Assembly (NCBI RefSeq): GCF_001017655.1
Contig: NZ_CP010904.1
Span: 1,140,001-1,172,000, forward strand
Length of the DNA: 32,000 nt
Reading direction: 5' to 3'
Source of the DNA: Kiritimatiella glycovorans
Lineage (GTDB): Bacteria; Verrucomicrobiota; Kiritimatiellia; Kiritimatiellales; Kiritimatiellaceae
Positions 16,383 to 25,189 of this stretch are shown here, piece by piece (positions within the stretch are counted from its first letter, which is position 1; each line of letters starts with the position of its first letter). A program made the translations under genes and the position numbers. The notes beneath the pieces were generated by a model. It was not told the origin of the DNA. It searched no databases and worked only from the letters and a program-made list of their open reading frames with translations.

Positions 16383-18989
16383 TCAAGTGCGCGGACGGAG
16401 GCTGTCGACGATCGCCGCGACCACCTCGTTGACGGACACGGGTTTGCGCAGACAGCGGTTGAATCCGTGCTCTTCGTACAGCTGTTTCTCATCGATATGG
16501 AGATAACCGGAACAGAGGATAACCGGCAGGTCCGGATGGAGCGCCCGAAGCCGGCCGGCCAGGTCGATCCCGGTCATTTCCGGCATGGCGTGATCCAGAA
16601 TCACCAGGTGGTAGCCGTTTCCGTCCTGTTGAAAAAGCTCCAGTGCCTCCCTGCCCGAGGCGGCGAGGTCCACATCGAATCCGCGGCTCTGCAGGAGACG
16701 GCCGAGCGAATCGCGCACGATCTCCTCGTCGTCGACCAGCAGCAGCCGACAGACGGGCATCGGGGCTTCATCCGCCGTCGTATCGGTTGTGGGGTTCTGT
16801 ACAGCGTCGTTTTCCGGCGGCCCGCACAACGGGATATAGACGGAAAATGTCGTGCCGCGGCCCGGTTCGCTGTCCGCCGTGATGGCCCCTCCGAGACGGT
16901 GGATGATGCCGTGGGCGGAGGAGAGCCCCAGTCCGTTTCCCTTACCGGGCGGTTTGGTTGTGAAATACGGATCGAATACGCGCTCGATGGTCTCCGCATC
17001 CATACCCTGCCCGTCATCCTCCACCGTGAGCACCGCGTACTCCCCGGCCGCCAGATCGGGCGGGAGGAATGATTCCTCTTCGCGGGAGTCCAGGCGGCGG
17101 ACACGCAGGGCGATCGATCCGGCGCGCGGTTCGATGGCGTGCTGGGCGTTGGTCACCAGGTTGGTAAGGATGCGCTGAATCAGCACGGCATTCGCACGGA
17201 CCCATACCGGATCGGGCGGCAGGTCGCAGGTAATCCCGATGGTGGAGGGTACCGCCCGGCGCATCAGCTTGATGTGTTCCGAGATCAGAGGCGACAGGCG
17301 CAGGGGGTGAAGCGCCTCGTCCTGGCGCCGGCTGAAGGCCAGCAGATCGCCGACCACATGGGTTGCGCGCTCCTGGCTTTTGATCAGCGACTGGATCGTC
17401 TCTTTCAACCGCTCCGGAAGCCCTGAGTCACCGAGCGCATATTCGGCGTATCCCCGGATGGCGCAGAGGATATTGTTGAAGTCGTGCGCGATGCCCGCCG
17501 CGAGTGTGCCGACGGCCTCCATCTTCTCCGCCTGCTGCAGCTGGCGCTCCAGATCGATTTCGCGGGTGATGTCCCGCTTGACCGCTACGTAATAGATCAC
17601 GCGTCCGCGGCTGTCGCGTACCGGAGAGATCGTATTCTCCTCGTGATACAAATCTCCGTCCTTACGGCGATTGGTGATGCGCCCGCTCCAGACGCGCCCG
17701 CTGCGGATGGTTTCCCACAAATCGCGGTAGAGCGATTCCGGCTGGTGCCCGCTTTTCAGGAGATCGGGTGTACGGCCCAGCGCCTCCTCGCGCGCGTATC
17801 CGCTGATCGCCTCGAAGGCGGGGTTGACGTATTCGATGACGCCCTCCGGGTCGGTGATCATGACCGCCTCGGCCGCCTGTTCGATCGCCGTCGAAAGACG
17901 CCTCAGTTCGAGGTCGGTTTGATCGCGTTCCAGGGCGCGGGCGAAGGTATTGGACACGATGCGCAGCAGGTCGATGGTTTCTCCCGACCAGTCGATCTCG
18001 TGCTGCACGGCGTCAAAGCCCACGAATCCGGTGAGCCGGTGTTCGGCGCTCATGGGTACGACCAGCAGCGAACGGATATGCTGGGACTCCAGAAGTTCGC
18101 GCTCCGCCCGGGCGGCTTCGGGCAGATCCTTCACGCGGGGGAGGTAGATGTTTTCGCGCCGGCGCAGTTTGGACATCCACCAGGGCAGCGCGGAGGCCTC
18201 GATATTCTGGAGCCGGTCCCGCTGAGGTTCGATGCCGTGGGCGCACCACTCGTGCGTATTGCTCAAACGCCGGCCGCCCTCATGGATGGTGAACAGGTAG
18301 GTGCGGTCGACGCCGCACGTCTCGCCCAGCCGCCGCAGCGCGTCACGGATCTTGGCGTCCAGATTGCCCCGCGAGACGAAGCTCGAGGAGATGCGCGAGA
18401 GCATACGCTCGAGTTCGAGCAGGCGGCGGCGCTCGTCTTCCGCTTCCTTTCTGGCCGTCTGGTCCATGATGAATCCCTCGAGCGCCACGAGGTCGCCGTG
18501 CTCATCACGCACCAGCCGTCCTCGCTCCCATACCCGGCGGGTCTGCCCGGTGGCCGTAACAATGCGGTACTCCATTTCAAACGGCAGATTCTTCGAGATC
18601 GCCCTCTGTACGCTCTCCCAGACCGCGGGACGGTCTTCGCGAAGAATGAGGTCGCCGTAGGACATGCGCCGGTTGCCGATCAGGTCCGCGGGACGGTAGC
18701 CGGTGCACTCCAGGCAGCCGTGGCTCAGGTATTCCATCGTCCACTGCCGGTCGTTGCGGCAGCGATAGGCCATGCCGGGAAGGTTTCCGAGCAGTGTGTC
18801 CAGTCGCCGCTCCGATTCCTGTGCCGCCGCCTCCTGGGCGCGGCGGCGTTCCACTTCGAGATCGCGGTCCCTGAGAAAGGTGCGCAGGCGGTGATTGACG
18901 CGCCAGGTGTAGAGCACGAGAAACAGCAGGACGAGGGTCGCCAGCACAATGAAATAGGTATGTTCCATGTAGGATGTCGTCTGCGGCAT
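16383..18989 (-). CDS. Hybrid sensor histidine kinase: TM, PAS, GAF-like, PAS, HisKA, HATPase, then C-terminal receiver
   Basis: TM helix YFIVLATLVLLFLVLYTW. PAS blocks. H-box AHDFNNILCAIRGYAE. G-boxes DDGQGM and GKGNGLGLS. Receiver LLLVDDEEIV...ILDHAMPEMTG. Start set at ATG 18989 (MPQTTSYMEH); 18968 and the track start 19145 are alternatives. Confidence 0.85.
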   Translation of the reverse strand: MPQTTSYMEHTYFIVLATLVLLFLVLYTWRVNHRLRTFLRDRDLEVERRRAQEAAAQESERRLDTLLGNLPGMAYRCRNDRQWTMEYLSHGCLECTGYRPADLIGNRRMSYGDLILREDRPAVWESVQRAISKNLPFEMEYRIVTATGQTRRVWERGRLVRDEHGDLVALEGFIMDQTARKEAEDERRRLLELERMLSRISSSFVSRGNLDAKIRDALRRLGETCGVDRTYLFTIHEGGRRLSNTHEWCAHGIEPQRDRLQNIEASALPWWMSKLRRRENIYLPRVKDLPEAARAERELLESQHIRSLLVVPMSAEHRLTGFVGFDAVQHEIDWSGETIDLLRIVSNTFARALERDQTDLELRRLSTAIEQAAEAVMITDPEGVIEYVNPAFEAISGYAREEALGRTPDLLKSGHQPESLYRDLWETIRSGRVWSGRITNRRKDGDLYHEENTISPVRDSRGRVIYYVAVKRDITREIDLERQLQQAEKMEAVGTLAAGIAHDFNNILCAIRGYAEYALGDSGLPERLKETIQSLIKSQERATHVVGDLLAFSRRQDEALHPLRLSPLISEHIKLMRRAVPSTIGITCDLPPDPVWVRANAVLIQRILTNLVTNAQHAIEPRAGSIALRVRRLDSREEESFLPPDLAAGEYAVLTVEDDGQGMDAETIERVFDPYFTTKPPGKGNGLGLSSAHGIIHRLGGAITADSEPGRGTTFSVYIPLCGPPENDAVQNPTTDTTADEAPMPVCRLLLVDDEEIVRDSLGRLLQSRGFDVDLAASGREALELFQQDGNGYHLVILDHAMPEMTGIDLAGRLRALHPDLPVILCSGYLHIDEKQLYEEHGFNRCLRKPVSVNEVVAAIVDSLRPRT

Positions 18990-19191
18990 GGCGGCCACGG
19001 ATCCCGTCCCGCTGAAAAACCGGGACAGGACGCCGGACACTGCTTCGAACCCCGGCGCGGCGGGTGCCGATATAATGCGGACACAGCTCACGGTGTAACC
19101 TCTCAGAAAATCCGATACTATCAGGGCGGTCGGCCCGAATTGCAAGACAGCGGAGCGGCGCGTATGGCCGGATCGGTCCGCAGCCCAGCGA

Positions 19192-19323
19192 TTCTCATTA
19201 TGGCATCACCCTTTTCGGTCGGGGTGGCACCCGACCCTCCCAATGCCCGAAAAGGCGTCGGATATCGACTCGGGAGGGACGGCTGCCACGCCGTCCGCGG
19301 TCGGAATGCGGCCATAATGAGAA
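19192..19323. repeat. 132-bp imperfect palindrome (candidate structured RNA or MITE-like element) in the divergent kinase intergenic region
   Basis: Perfect 13-bp terminal inverted repeat TTCTCATTATGGC / GCCATAATGAGAA. The arms are mutually complementary (CGG.GTGGCA.CCG.CCCTCCC versus its complement). Alternative pairing CCTTTTCGG (19210-19218) with CCGAAAAGG (19247-19255). Confidence 0.7.
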
Positions 19324-19411
19324 CTGCTGCCGCAGCCCCACCTGTCTTGACGCAGGCTCGAAGCATGCTAGACTGGAATCAGCCCGACGGGCGGGAAAGG
19401 GGCAGGGAACT

Positions 19412-21148
19412 ATGTCCATCGATCGCGCTACCTCCTCCGGAAAAAGCGGTCTTCGCTTCGGCTTGCGGATTGCCGTGGTCTACGTGCTCTTCGGCACCCT
19501 CTGGATCCTGCTCTCCGATCGCGCCGCGCTCCTCGCGCTTCCGGCTCCGGAGGCCCTGACGACCCTGCAGACGTTCAAGGGCATCCTGTTCGTGCTGATC
19601 TCGGGTGCCATCGTGTTCGGCTTCGCCCGACGGGAATGGAAGCATCAGTGGCGGCTGGAGGAACTGCGGCGCGAGAGCGCCGAGCGGCTCGAACTGGCCC
19701 TGCGCGGCGCCGATCTCGGACTCTGGGACTGGAACCTGCGCACCGGAGAGGTCTACTTCGATGAACGCTGGCAGGGCATGCTCGGCTTCGAACCGGGTTC
19801 GCTGGCGCCGAACGTGGAGACCTGGAGGGCGCGCGTGCATCCGGACGATCTGGGCCGGGTGCAGAAGGCGCTCGACGACCACATCGAAAACCGGACCGCT
19901 CAATACGAGACGGAGCACCGGATGCGCACGCGGGACGGGGACTGGATCTGGATTCTCGACCGCGGCAGAGTGACCGAACGAGCGCAGGACGGCACGGCCC
20001 TCCGGATGACCGGTACGCACATGGATATCACACCCCGCCGCCGCGCGGAGGCGGGGCGGCGGCTGCTGGAGGCGGCGATCGAACAGGCGGCCGAGGCGGT
20101 CATGATCACGGATGCGGACGGGGTGATCGAGTACGTGAACCCCGCCTTTGAGGACATCACGGGGTACAAGCCCGATGAGGCGGTTGGGGGTAAGCCGGCC
20201 ATGCTCAGGAGCGGCCGCCAGGACGATGCTTTTTACGAGCACTTGTGGGACACGCTGCGCGCGGGCGAGGTCTGGCGCGGGCGCTTCAGCAACCGGCGGC
20301 AGGACGGTTCGCTCTGCGAAGAGGAGGCCGTGATCTCGCCGGTGCGCGACGAGACCGGAACCATTTCCAACTTCGTGGCGGTTCAGCGCGACATCACGGA
20401 GGAAAAGACGCTGGAGACGCAGCTCGTGCAGGCCCAGAAGCTCGAAACGATCGGCACCATGGCCAGCGGCGTGGCGCACGAGATCAACAATCCGCTCACC
20501 GCGATCATCAATTATGCGACGCTGCTGCGTGAGAAAGAGGGCCACCAGCCCGGCGGGGAGCGCCTGCAGTACGCCGCCGAGATCGAACGGGAGACCCGGC
20601 GGCTGTCGCGGATCGTCCGGAACCTGCTCGTCTTCGCACGCCAGTCGCGCCCCGACCGGGGGGCCGTGCGCGTCTCGGACGTCGTGCAGGCGACCCGTTC
20701 CCTGCTTGAAACCACCCTCAGGCATGACCGCATCGAACTGGATACCGATATACCGGGCGATCTGCCCGAAGTGATCTGCAACAGCCAGCAGGTGCAGCAG
20801 ATTCTGATGAACCTGGTGATCAATGCGCGCGATGCCCTCAATTCCTCACCGCCCGAAGGCAAGGCCAAGCGCATCGTCATCCGCGCCGGGGTGGCGGAGA
20901 ACGACTCGGCCCGGTGGCTGCGGATGGAGGTGGAGGATAACGGGCCGGGGTTGAGCGAGGCGGACGCGGATCGCATTTTCGAGCCCTTCTACAGTACCAA
21001 GGGTCCGGAGGAGGGCACCGGCCTCGGGCTGGCGATCAGCCGCAGGATCGCCGCGGATCATGGCGGGATGCTGGAGGCGGCGGCAATGGACCGCGGGGGC
21101 GCGAAATTCAGCCTCGTCCTTCCCCTGAACGGCGCGTCGGCGCGCTGA
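19412..21148 (+). CDS. Membrane PAS-PAS sensor histidine kinase (no receiver)
   Basis: Two N-terminal hydrophobic segments. Two PAS domains. H-box AHEINNPLTAI. N-box LMNLVINARDA. G-boxes DNGPGL and GTGLGLAIS. Confidence 0.9.
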   Translation: MSIDRATSSGKSGLRFGLRIAVVYVLFGTLWILLSDRAALLALPAPEALTTLQTFKGILFVLISGAIVFGFARREWKHQWRLEELRRESAERLELALRGADLGLWDWNLRTGEVYFDERWQGMLGFEPGSLAPNVETWRARVHPDDLGRVQKALDDHIENRTAQYETEHRMRTRDGDWIWILDRGRVTERAQDGTALRMTGTHMDITPRRRAEAGRRLLEAAIEQAAEAVMITDADGVIEYVNPAFEDITGYKPDEAVGGKPAMLRSGRQDDAFYEHLWDTLRAGEVWRGRFSNRRQDGSLCEEEAVISPVRDETGTISNFVAVQRDITEEKTLETQLVQAQKLETIGTMASGVAHEINNPLTAIINYATLLREKEGHQPGGERLQYAAEIERETRRLSRIVRNLLVFARQSRPDRGAVRVSDVVQATRSLLETTLRHDRIELDTDIPGDLPEVICNSQQVQQILMNLVINARDALNSSPPEGKAKRIVIRAGVAENDSARWLRMEVEDNGPGLSEADADRIFEPFYSTKGPEEGTGLGLAISRRIAADHGGMLEAAAMDRGGAKFSLVLPLNGASAR

Positions 21149-21169
21149 GCGGGACGCCGCGCCGTTCAG
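21125..21169. terminator. 12-bp inverted repeat between convergent genes (possible bidirectional terminator)
   Basis: CTGAACGGCGCG (21125-21136) pairs with CGCGCCGTTCAG (21158-21169) around a 21-nt loop. It spans the kinase stop codon and ends 6 nt before the metX stop. There is no clear U tract. Confidence 0.35.
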
Positions 21170-21174
21170 GTCGT

Positions 21175-22323
21175 TTATCCGCTCTCCAGGAACCGCCGGA
21201 TGTGATGCGTGTAGAGGTCCGGTTCGAGCAGGAACGAATCATGGCCGCGGTCGGAGTGCACGGTGAGATGTTCCGAGGCGACGCGGTGCTTCACCAGCGT
21301 GTGGTGCATCTTCTCCTGTTCCTCCGGGTAGAAGCAGACGTCCGAATCGATGCTGAAGATCATGTAGCGCTGATGACGGCACGGCGCGAAAAGATCCCCG
21401 TAGGACTCCCGCTCCGCGTCGCGCAGCAGATCGTAGTCGGACCACGCGGCCATGAGGTGCAGGTAGGTGTTGGCGTCGAAGCGCGAGAGCAGCTTGCGGC
21501 CCTGGTGGAGGAGATAGGATTCCAGCGGCCGGCGCACCTGGTACCAGCTTAATTCCTCGTCGCGCTGAATGCATTCGTCGCGTGCCCGCTCTTCGATCGT
21601 GCTCAGCGAGACGTAGGTCTTGTGCCCGATGATCCGGGCAAGGGCGAGGCCGCGTTCCGGCGAGGGGCCGCCGTAATAATCCCCCTCGTTGAAATTCGGG
21701 TCGTTTTCGATCGCCAGGATCTGCTCGAAATTATGCGCCCGCGTCAGCGTACTGATCTCGAGGGCACACCCGAGCAGGACGAACCGTTCGCACAGTTCGG
21801 GGAAGCGGACCGCGAGATTCTGGGTGAGCAGTCCGCCGAGCGAAGCCCCGGCCGCCGCGTACAGACGCTCGATGCCCAGGTGGTTCAGCAGCCGCACCTG
21901 GGTGTTCACGATGTCGTTGGCGCCGAACTTCGGAAAGGCGGACCCGTAGGGTTTTCCGGTCTCCGGGTTCAGCGAAGAGGGGCCGGTCGAGCCGTAGCAG
22001 CCGCCGAAGTAATTGGCGCAGATCACGAAGAACCGGTCCGTATCCAGGGCCCTGCCCGGACCGATGAAATCGTCCCACCAGCCCTGTCGGCATTCGTGGT
22101 TCCAGAGCGATTCCACCCCGGGCACCGAGGGGTTGAATCCGGCGGCATGCTGGCTCCCCGTCAGGGCGTGAAAGAGCAGCACGGCGTTCGAGCGGTCGGC
22201 ATTGAGTTCGCCGTACGTCTCGTACGCCAGGGTAACGGGACCGAAGCGGCCGCCGGGCTGCAGCTCCAGCCGGTCCCCGGCCTCTTCGCCGAATGTGAAG
22301 AAACGGGTTTCCACCTCACTCAT
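21175..22323 (-). CDS. metX: Homoserine O-acetyltransferase
   Basis: FHALTGSQHAAG, WWDDFIGPGRALDTDRFFVICANYFGGCYGSTGP, nucleophile elbow GASLGG. ATGA overlap with the metY stop at 22320-22323. Confidence 0.9.
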   Translation of the reverse strand: MSEVETRFFTFGEEAGDRLELQPGGRFGPVTLAYETYGELNADRSNAVLLFHALTGSQHAAGFNPSVPGVESLWNHECRQGWWDDFIGPGRALDTDRFFVICANYFGGCYGSTGPSSLNPETGKPYGSAFPKFGANDIVNTQVRLLNHLGIERLYAAAGASLGGLLTQNLAVRFPELCERFVLLGCALEISTLTRAHNFEQILAIENDPNFNEGDYYGGPSPERGLALARIIGHKTYVSLSTIEERARDECIQRDEELSWYQVRRPLESYLLHQGRKLLSRFDANTYLHLMAAWSDYDLLRDAERESYGDLFAPCRHQRYMIFSIDSDVCFYPEEQEKMHHTLVKHRVASEHLTVHSDRGHDSFLLEPDLYTHHIRRFLESG

Positions 22324-23612
22324 TCCACCGCCTCCAGTCCGCGATCCAGATCGGCCAGAATGTCGTCGATGTGCTCCAGTCCCACGGAGAGTCTGACCAT
22401 GCCCGGATCGATCCCCGCCTCGACCTGTTCCTCCGCGGTCATCTGCGAGTGCGTGGTGCTGGCCGGATGGATCGCGAGACTACGGGCATCGCCCACGTTG
22501 GCGAGGTGCTTGAACAGCTCGAGGCGTTCGATGAAGGCCCGGCCCGCGTCCGCGCCTCCGCGGAGACCGCAGACGACCATCCCTCCGCAGCCGCGCGGCA
22601 GAAGACGGGCCGCGACTTCGTGCGACGGATCGCCTTCGAGCCCCGGGTAACGGACCCACTCCACCTTCGGATGCGTCTCGAGATGGCGGGCCACCGCGTC
22701 CGCGTTGGCGCAATGACGCTCCATGCGCAGCGGGAGGGTCTCGATCCCCTGCAGAAACTGCCACGCGTTGTCGGGGGAGAGGCAGGAGCCGAGATTACGA
22801 AGCGGGACGAGCCGCAGCCGGATGGCGTAGGCCACCGGGTTCAGCTCGCCGAGATCGGTGGCGTAACGCACGTCATGGTAGCTCGAATCCGGTTCCGAGA
22901 GCAGCGGATGCCTGCCCGTCGTCCAGTCGAACCGGCCGGAATCGACGACGACGCCGCCAATGCCGTTGCCGTGTCCGCCGAGCCACTTGGTGAGGGAGTG
23001 CACGACGATGTCGGCGCCGTGCTCGAGCGGCCGCAGCAGATAGGGCGTGGTGAAGGTGCTGTCGACGATCAGCGGCAGTCCGTGTTCGTGCGCGACCTCC
23101 GCGAGGGCGGGCAGATCCGAGGCTACGAGTCCGGGGTTGCCGATGGTCTCGGTGTACAGCGCGCGGGTCTTCGGCGTGACGGCCGCGGCGAATGCGGCGG
23201 GGTCGCGCGGATCGACGAAACGGGTCTTGATCCCGAAGCGGGGCAGGATGTCGTGGAACTGGGTGTACGTGCCGCCGTAGAGGCGGTTCGAAGCGACGAT
23301 CTCATCCCCTTCCTGCGCGAGGTTGATGATGCTGTAGAACACCGCGCTCGTGCCGGACGAGAGAGCCACGGCGGCGGAACCGCCTTCAAGCGCGGCGAGG
23401 CGCCGCTCGAGAACATCCACGGTGGGATTGGTGAGGCGCGAATAGATGTTGCCCAGCTCTTCGAGCGCGAACAGATCGGCGGCGTGGCGGGTGTCCCGGA
23501 ACACATAGGCGCTGGTCCGGTACACGGGCACGGCACACGACCCCGTGGCCGGGTCGGCCTCGAACCCGGCATGCAGGCAGCGTGTCTCAAGATTTGCGTG
23601 TGTGAAGTCCAT
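22320..23612 (-). CDS. metY: O-acetylhomoserine sulfhydrylase (aminocarboxypropyltransferase)
   Basis: TRCLHAG, YSRLTNPT, PLP-lysine HSLTKWLGGHG. Start trimmed to ATG 23612 (MDFTHANLETR). Confidence 0.9.
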   Translation of the reverse strand: MDFTHANLETRCLHAGFEADPATGSCAVPVYRTSAYVFRDTRHAADLFALEELGNIYSRLTNPTVDVLERRLAALEGGSAAVALSSGTSAVFYSIINLAQEGDEIVASNRLYGGTYTQFHDILPRFGIKTRFVDPRDPAAFAAAVTPKTRALYTETIGNPGLVASDLPALAEVAHEHGLPLIVDSTFTTPYLLRPLEHGADIVVHSLTKWLGGHGNGIGGVVVDSGRFDWTTGRHPLLSEPDSSYHDVRYATDLGELNPVAYAIRLRLVPLRNLGSCLSPDNAWQFLQGIETLPLRMERHCANADAVARHLETHPKVEWVRYPGLEGDPSHEVAARLLPRGCGGMVVCGLRGGADAGRAFIERLELFKHLANVGDARSLAIHPASTTHSQMTAEEQVEAGIDPGMVRLSVGLEHIDDILADLDRGLEAVE

Positions 23613-23693
23613 AATCGCGTAATGTAACGAATTCCGTGCACAGGATGAAAGGCGCAAATGGCGGTCGGGTGTCGAAGGCACGGCCGGCCGGGG

Positions 23694-24338
23694 CTAATGA
23701 CGGCGCCCGATCAGTTCGGGTCCCTCGTGATCCGGCCGGTTGACGGCGGGGGAGACGGGGTAGCGGTGCAGGTCAAATGAGTTCGCCACGTCTCTCAGGA
23801 TTCCGGGGTCGGGAAGGGTGGAGCCGAGCCAGAGATCGCGGTGATCGAGGGCGAGCATCAGCGGCATTCTGGGATGGACGGGGCGAACCGTCTCGGACGC
23901 CGGGGCGGTGAGCAGCGCGAAGGTCGGGCCGCTCTCCGGACGTTGCGACCAGATGCCGGGGAAATAGAAGAGCGGCCGCCCGGGCAGATGAAAATAGAAC
24001 GGCTGCTTATCTCCCGCCCCCTCGCGGCGCCATTCGTAGAACCCGTCGGCGGGCACCAGGCAGCGCCGCTCCCGGAACATACGCCGGATGCCTTTTTTCT
24101 GTTCGACGCTCTCCAGCCGGAGGTTGATCGGTGTCGGCCCGTCACCGGTTTCGTCCCAGGGGAAAAGCAGACTCCATCGCGCCCGCACCAGCTGACCGGG
24201 ATCGTCGTTGAGCAGGATGGCGACGGACTGGGTCGGCGCGATATTGTAGCGCGGTTCGAGCGGGGTCCCGGGCGCGGCGGGAGCGATGGTCTCCTCCACC
24301 GCGGAGGCTTTCGCGGTCCTGGTGAATCTTCCGCACAT
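23694..24338 (-). CDS. yedK: SOS-response-associated peptidase (SRAP/YedK-type abasic-site processing protein)
   Basis: Diagnostic N-terminus MCGRF (Cys2 nucleophile). YNIAPTQ. DGFYEW. C-terminal His region (PVHPRMP). Confidence 0.85.
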   Translation of the reverse strand: MCGRFTRTAKASAVEETIAPAAPGTPLEPRYNIAPTQSVAILLNDDPGQLVRARWSLLFPWDETGDGPTPINLRLESVEQKKGIRRMFRERRCLVPADGFYEWRREGAGDKQPFYFHLPGRPLFYFPGIWSQRPESGPTFALLTAPASETVRPVHPRMPLMLALDHRDLWLGSTLPDPGILRDVANSFDLHRYPVSPAVNRPDHEGPELIGRRH

Positions 24339-24341
24339 GGG

Positions 24342-24764
24342 TCAGACGATCTGCTGGATGATGAAATGTTCCCTGATGTAGCGGGTCGCTTCGTCGAGCG
24401 AGGGAAGAATCTTGGTGCAGAAGCGGATCATCCACGGGTTGCACTCCCTGTACTCGAAGGGAGAAAAGGCCACCACGAACTTCCCGAGGTCGTGGGAGGC
24501 GTAGAAAACCTCCATGGCGGTACCTACGGAATTTTTACAGTAGTTGACCAGCAGGATGTCGGCGTCGCGCACGTCCTGCAGATCGAATTCGACGATCTCG
24601 TTGCTGCTGTCCACTTCGCGGTCTTTAAAATTGCGCCGCATCGGATCCAGTATGATGAAATTGTGCCCCAGGTCCTCGTGCGCCTTCTTCCGCCAGCGCC
24701 GCGCCACGCCGTCTTCTTCGTGCATGATCGGACCGCAGAGATAAATTTTTTTCTTCTCCATCAT
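24342..24764 (-). CDS. Nucleoside 2-deoxyribosyltransferase-like (NDT/Rcl/DUF4406-type) small protein, 140 aa
   Basis: KKIYLCGPI N-terminal glycine-rich strand. DADILLVN. SVGTAMEVFYA, with Glu at the position of the family catalytic Glu. Only 3 nt separate its stop from the SRAP ATG. Visibly lower GC than its neighbours. Confidence 0.5.
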   Translation of the reverse strand: MMEKKKIYLCGPIMHEEDGVARRWRKKAHEDLGHNFIILDPMRRNFKDREVDSSNEIVEFDLQDVRDADILLVNYCKNSVGTAMEVFYASHDLGKFVVAFSPFEYRECNPWMIRFCTKILPSLDEATRYIREHFIIQQIV

Positions 24765-24809
24765 GAATAGACGCCTTGTCTGAGTCGGACTGTCAGTGGA
24801 CCCTGCATG

Positions 24810-25175
24810 CTAAACGCCGTGCGCGAGCAAGTAAACCCAATTGGCGATCCACAGCAGTAAAAGCAGGATCAGCAGCCGGGCCGGGCGCGTTCGGCGGAGG
24901 CCGTCGGGTATGGGCCGGGCGGGTCTCGCGAGCAGCACCCACGCCGCCGCGAACGCTGCGAGGACGCACCCGGAGGCCAGCGGCTGCAGCGCAAAGGCCG
25001 CGGCCCACTGTCCGCGCCCGAGATGAGCCAGCGCGCGCCACGTTCCGCACGCGGGGCAGGGCAGTCCCGTAGCCGCGTGAAAGCGACAGGCAGGCGCGCC
25101 GGGCCATACCCGGGCCGCGAGAGGGAGTCCGGCCGCGGCCAGGCCGAGGATCACACCCGCGGCGCGGGCCGCCAT
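24810..25175 (-). CDS. DUF2752-like membrane protein
   Basis: CRFHAATGLPCPACGTWRA motif (C-x7-G-x-PCPxCG), followed by hydrophobic helices. Start uncertain: ATG 25175 without an SD, or GTG 25220 overlapping the upstream gene. Confidence 0.55.
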   Translation of the reverse strand: MAARAAGVILGLAAAGLPLAARVWPGAPACRFHAATGLPCPACGTWRALAHLGRGQWAAAFALQPLASGCVLAAFAAAWVLLARPARPIPDGLRRTRPARLLILLLLLWIANWVYLLAHGV

Positions 25176-25189
25176 GGAGGAGGCCGGAC

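Noticed and set aside
23613-23693. Possible SAM or other riboswitch in the 81-nt leader of metY-metX.
   Set aside because: It is too short, and I could not recognise conserved SAM-I, SAM-II or SAM-V core elements. Only a GC-rich hairpin is present, which may be the SRAP-gene terminator. An Rfam scan would settle it.
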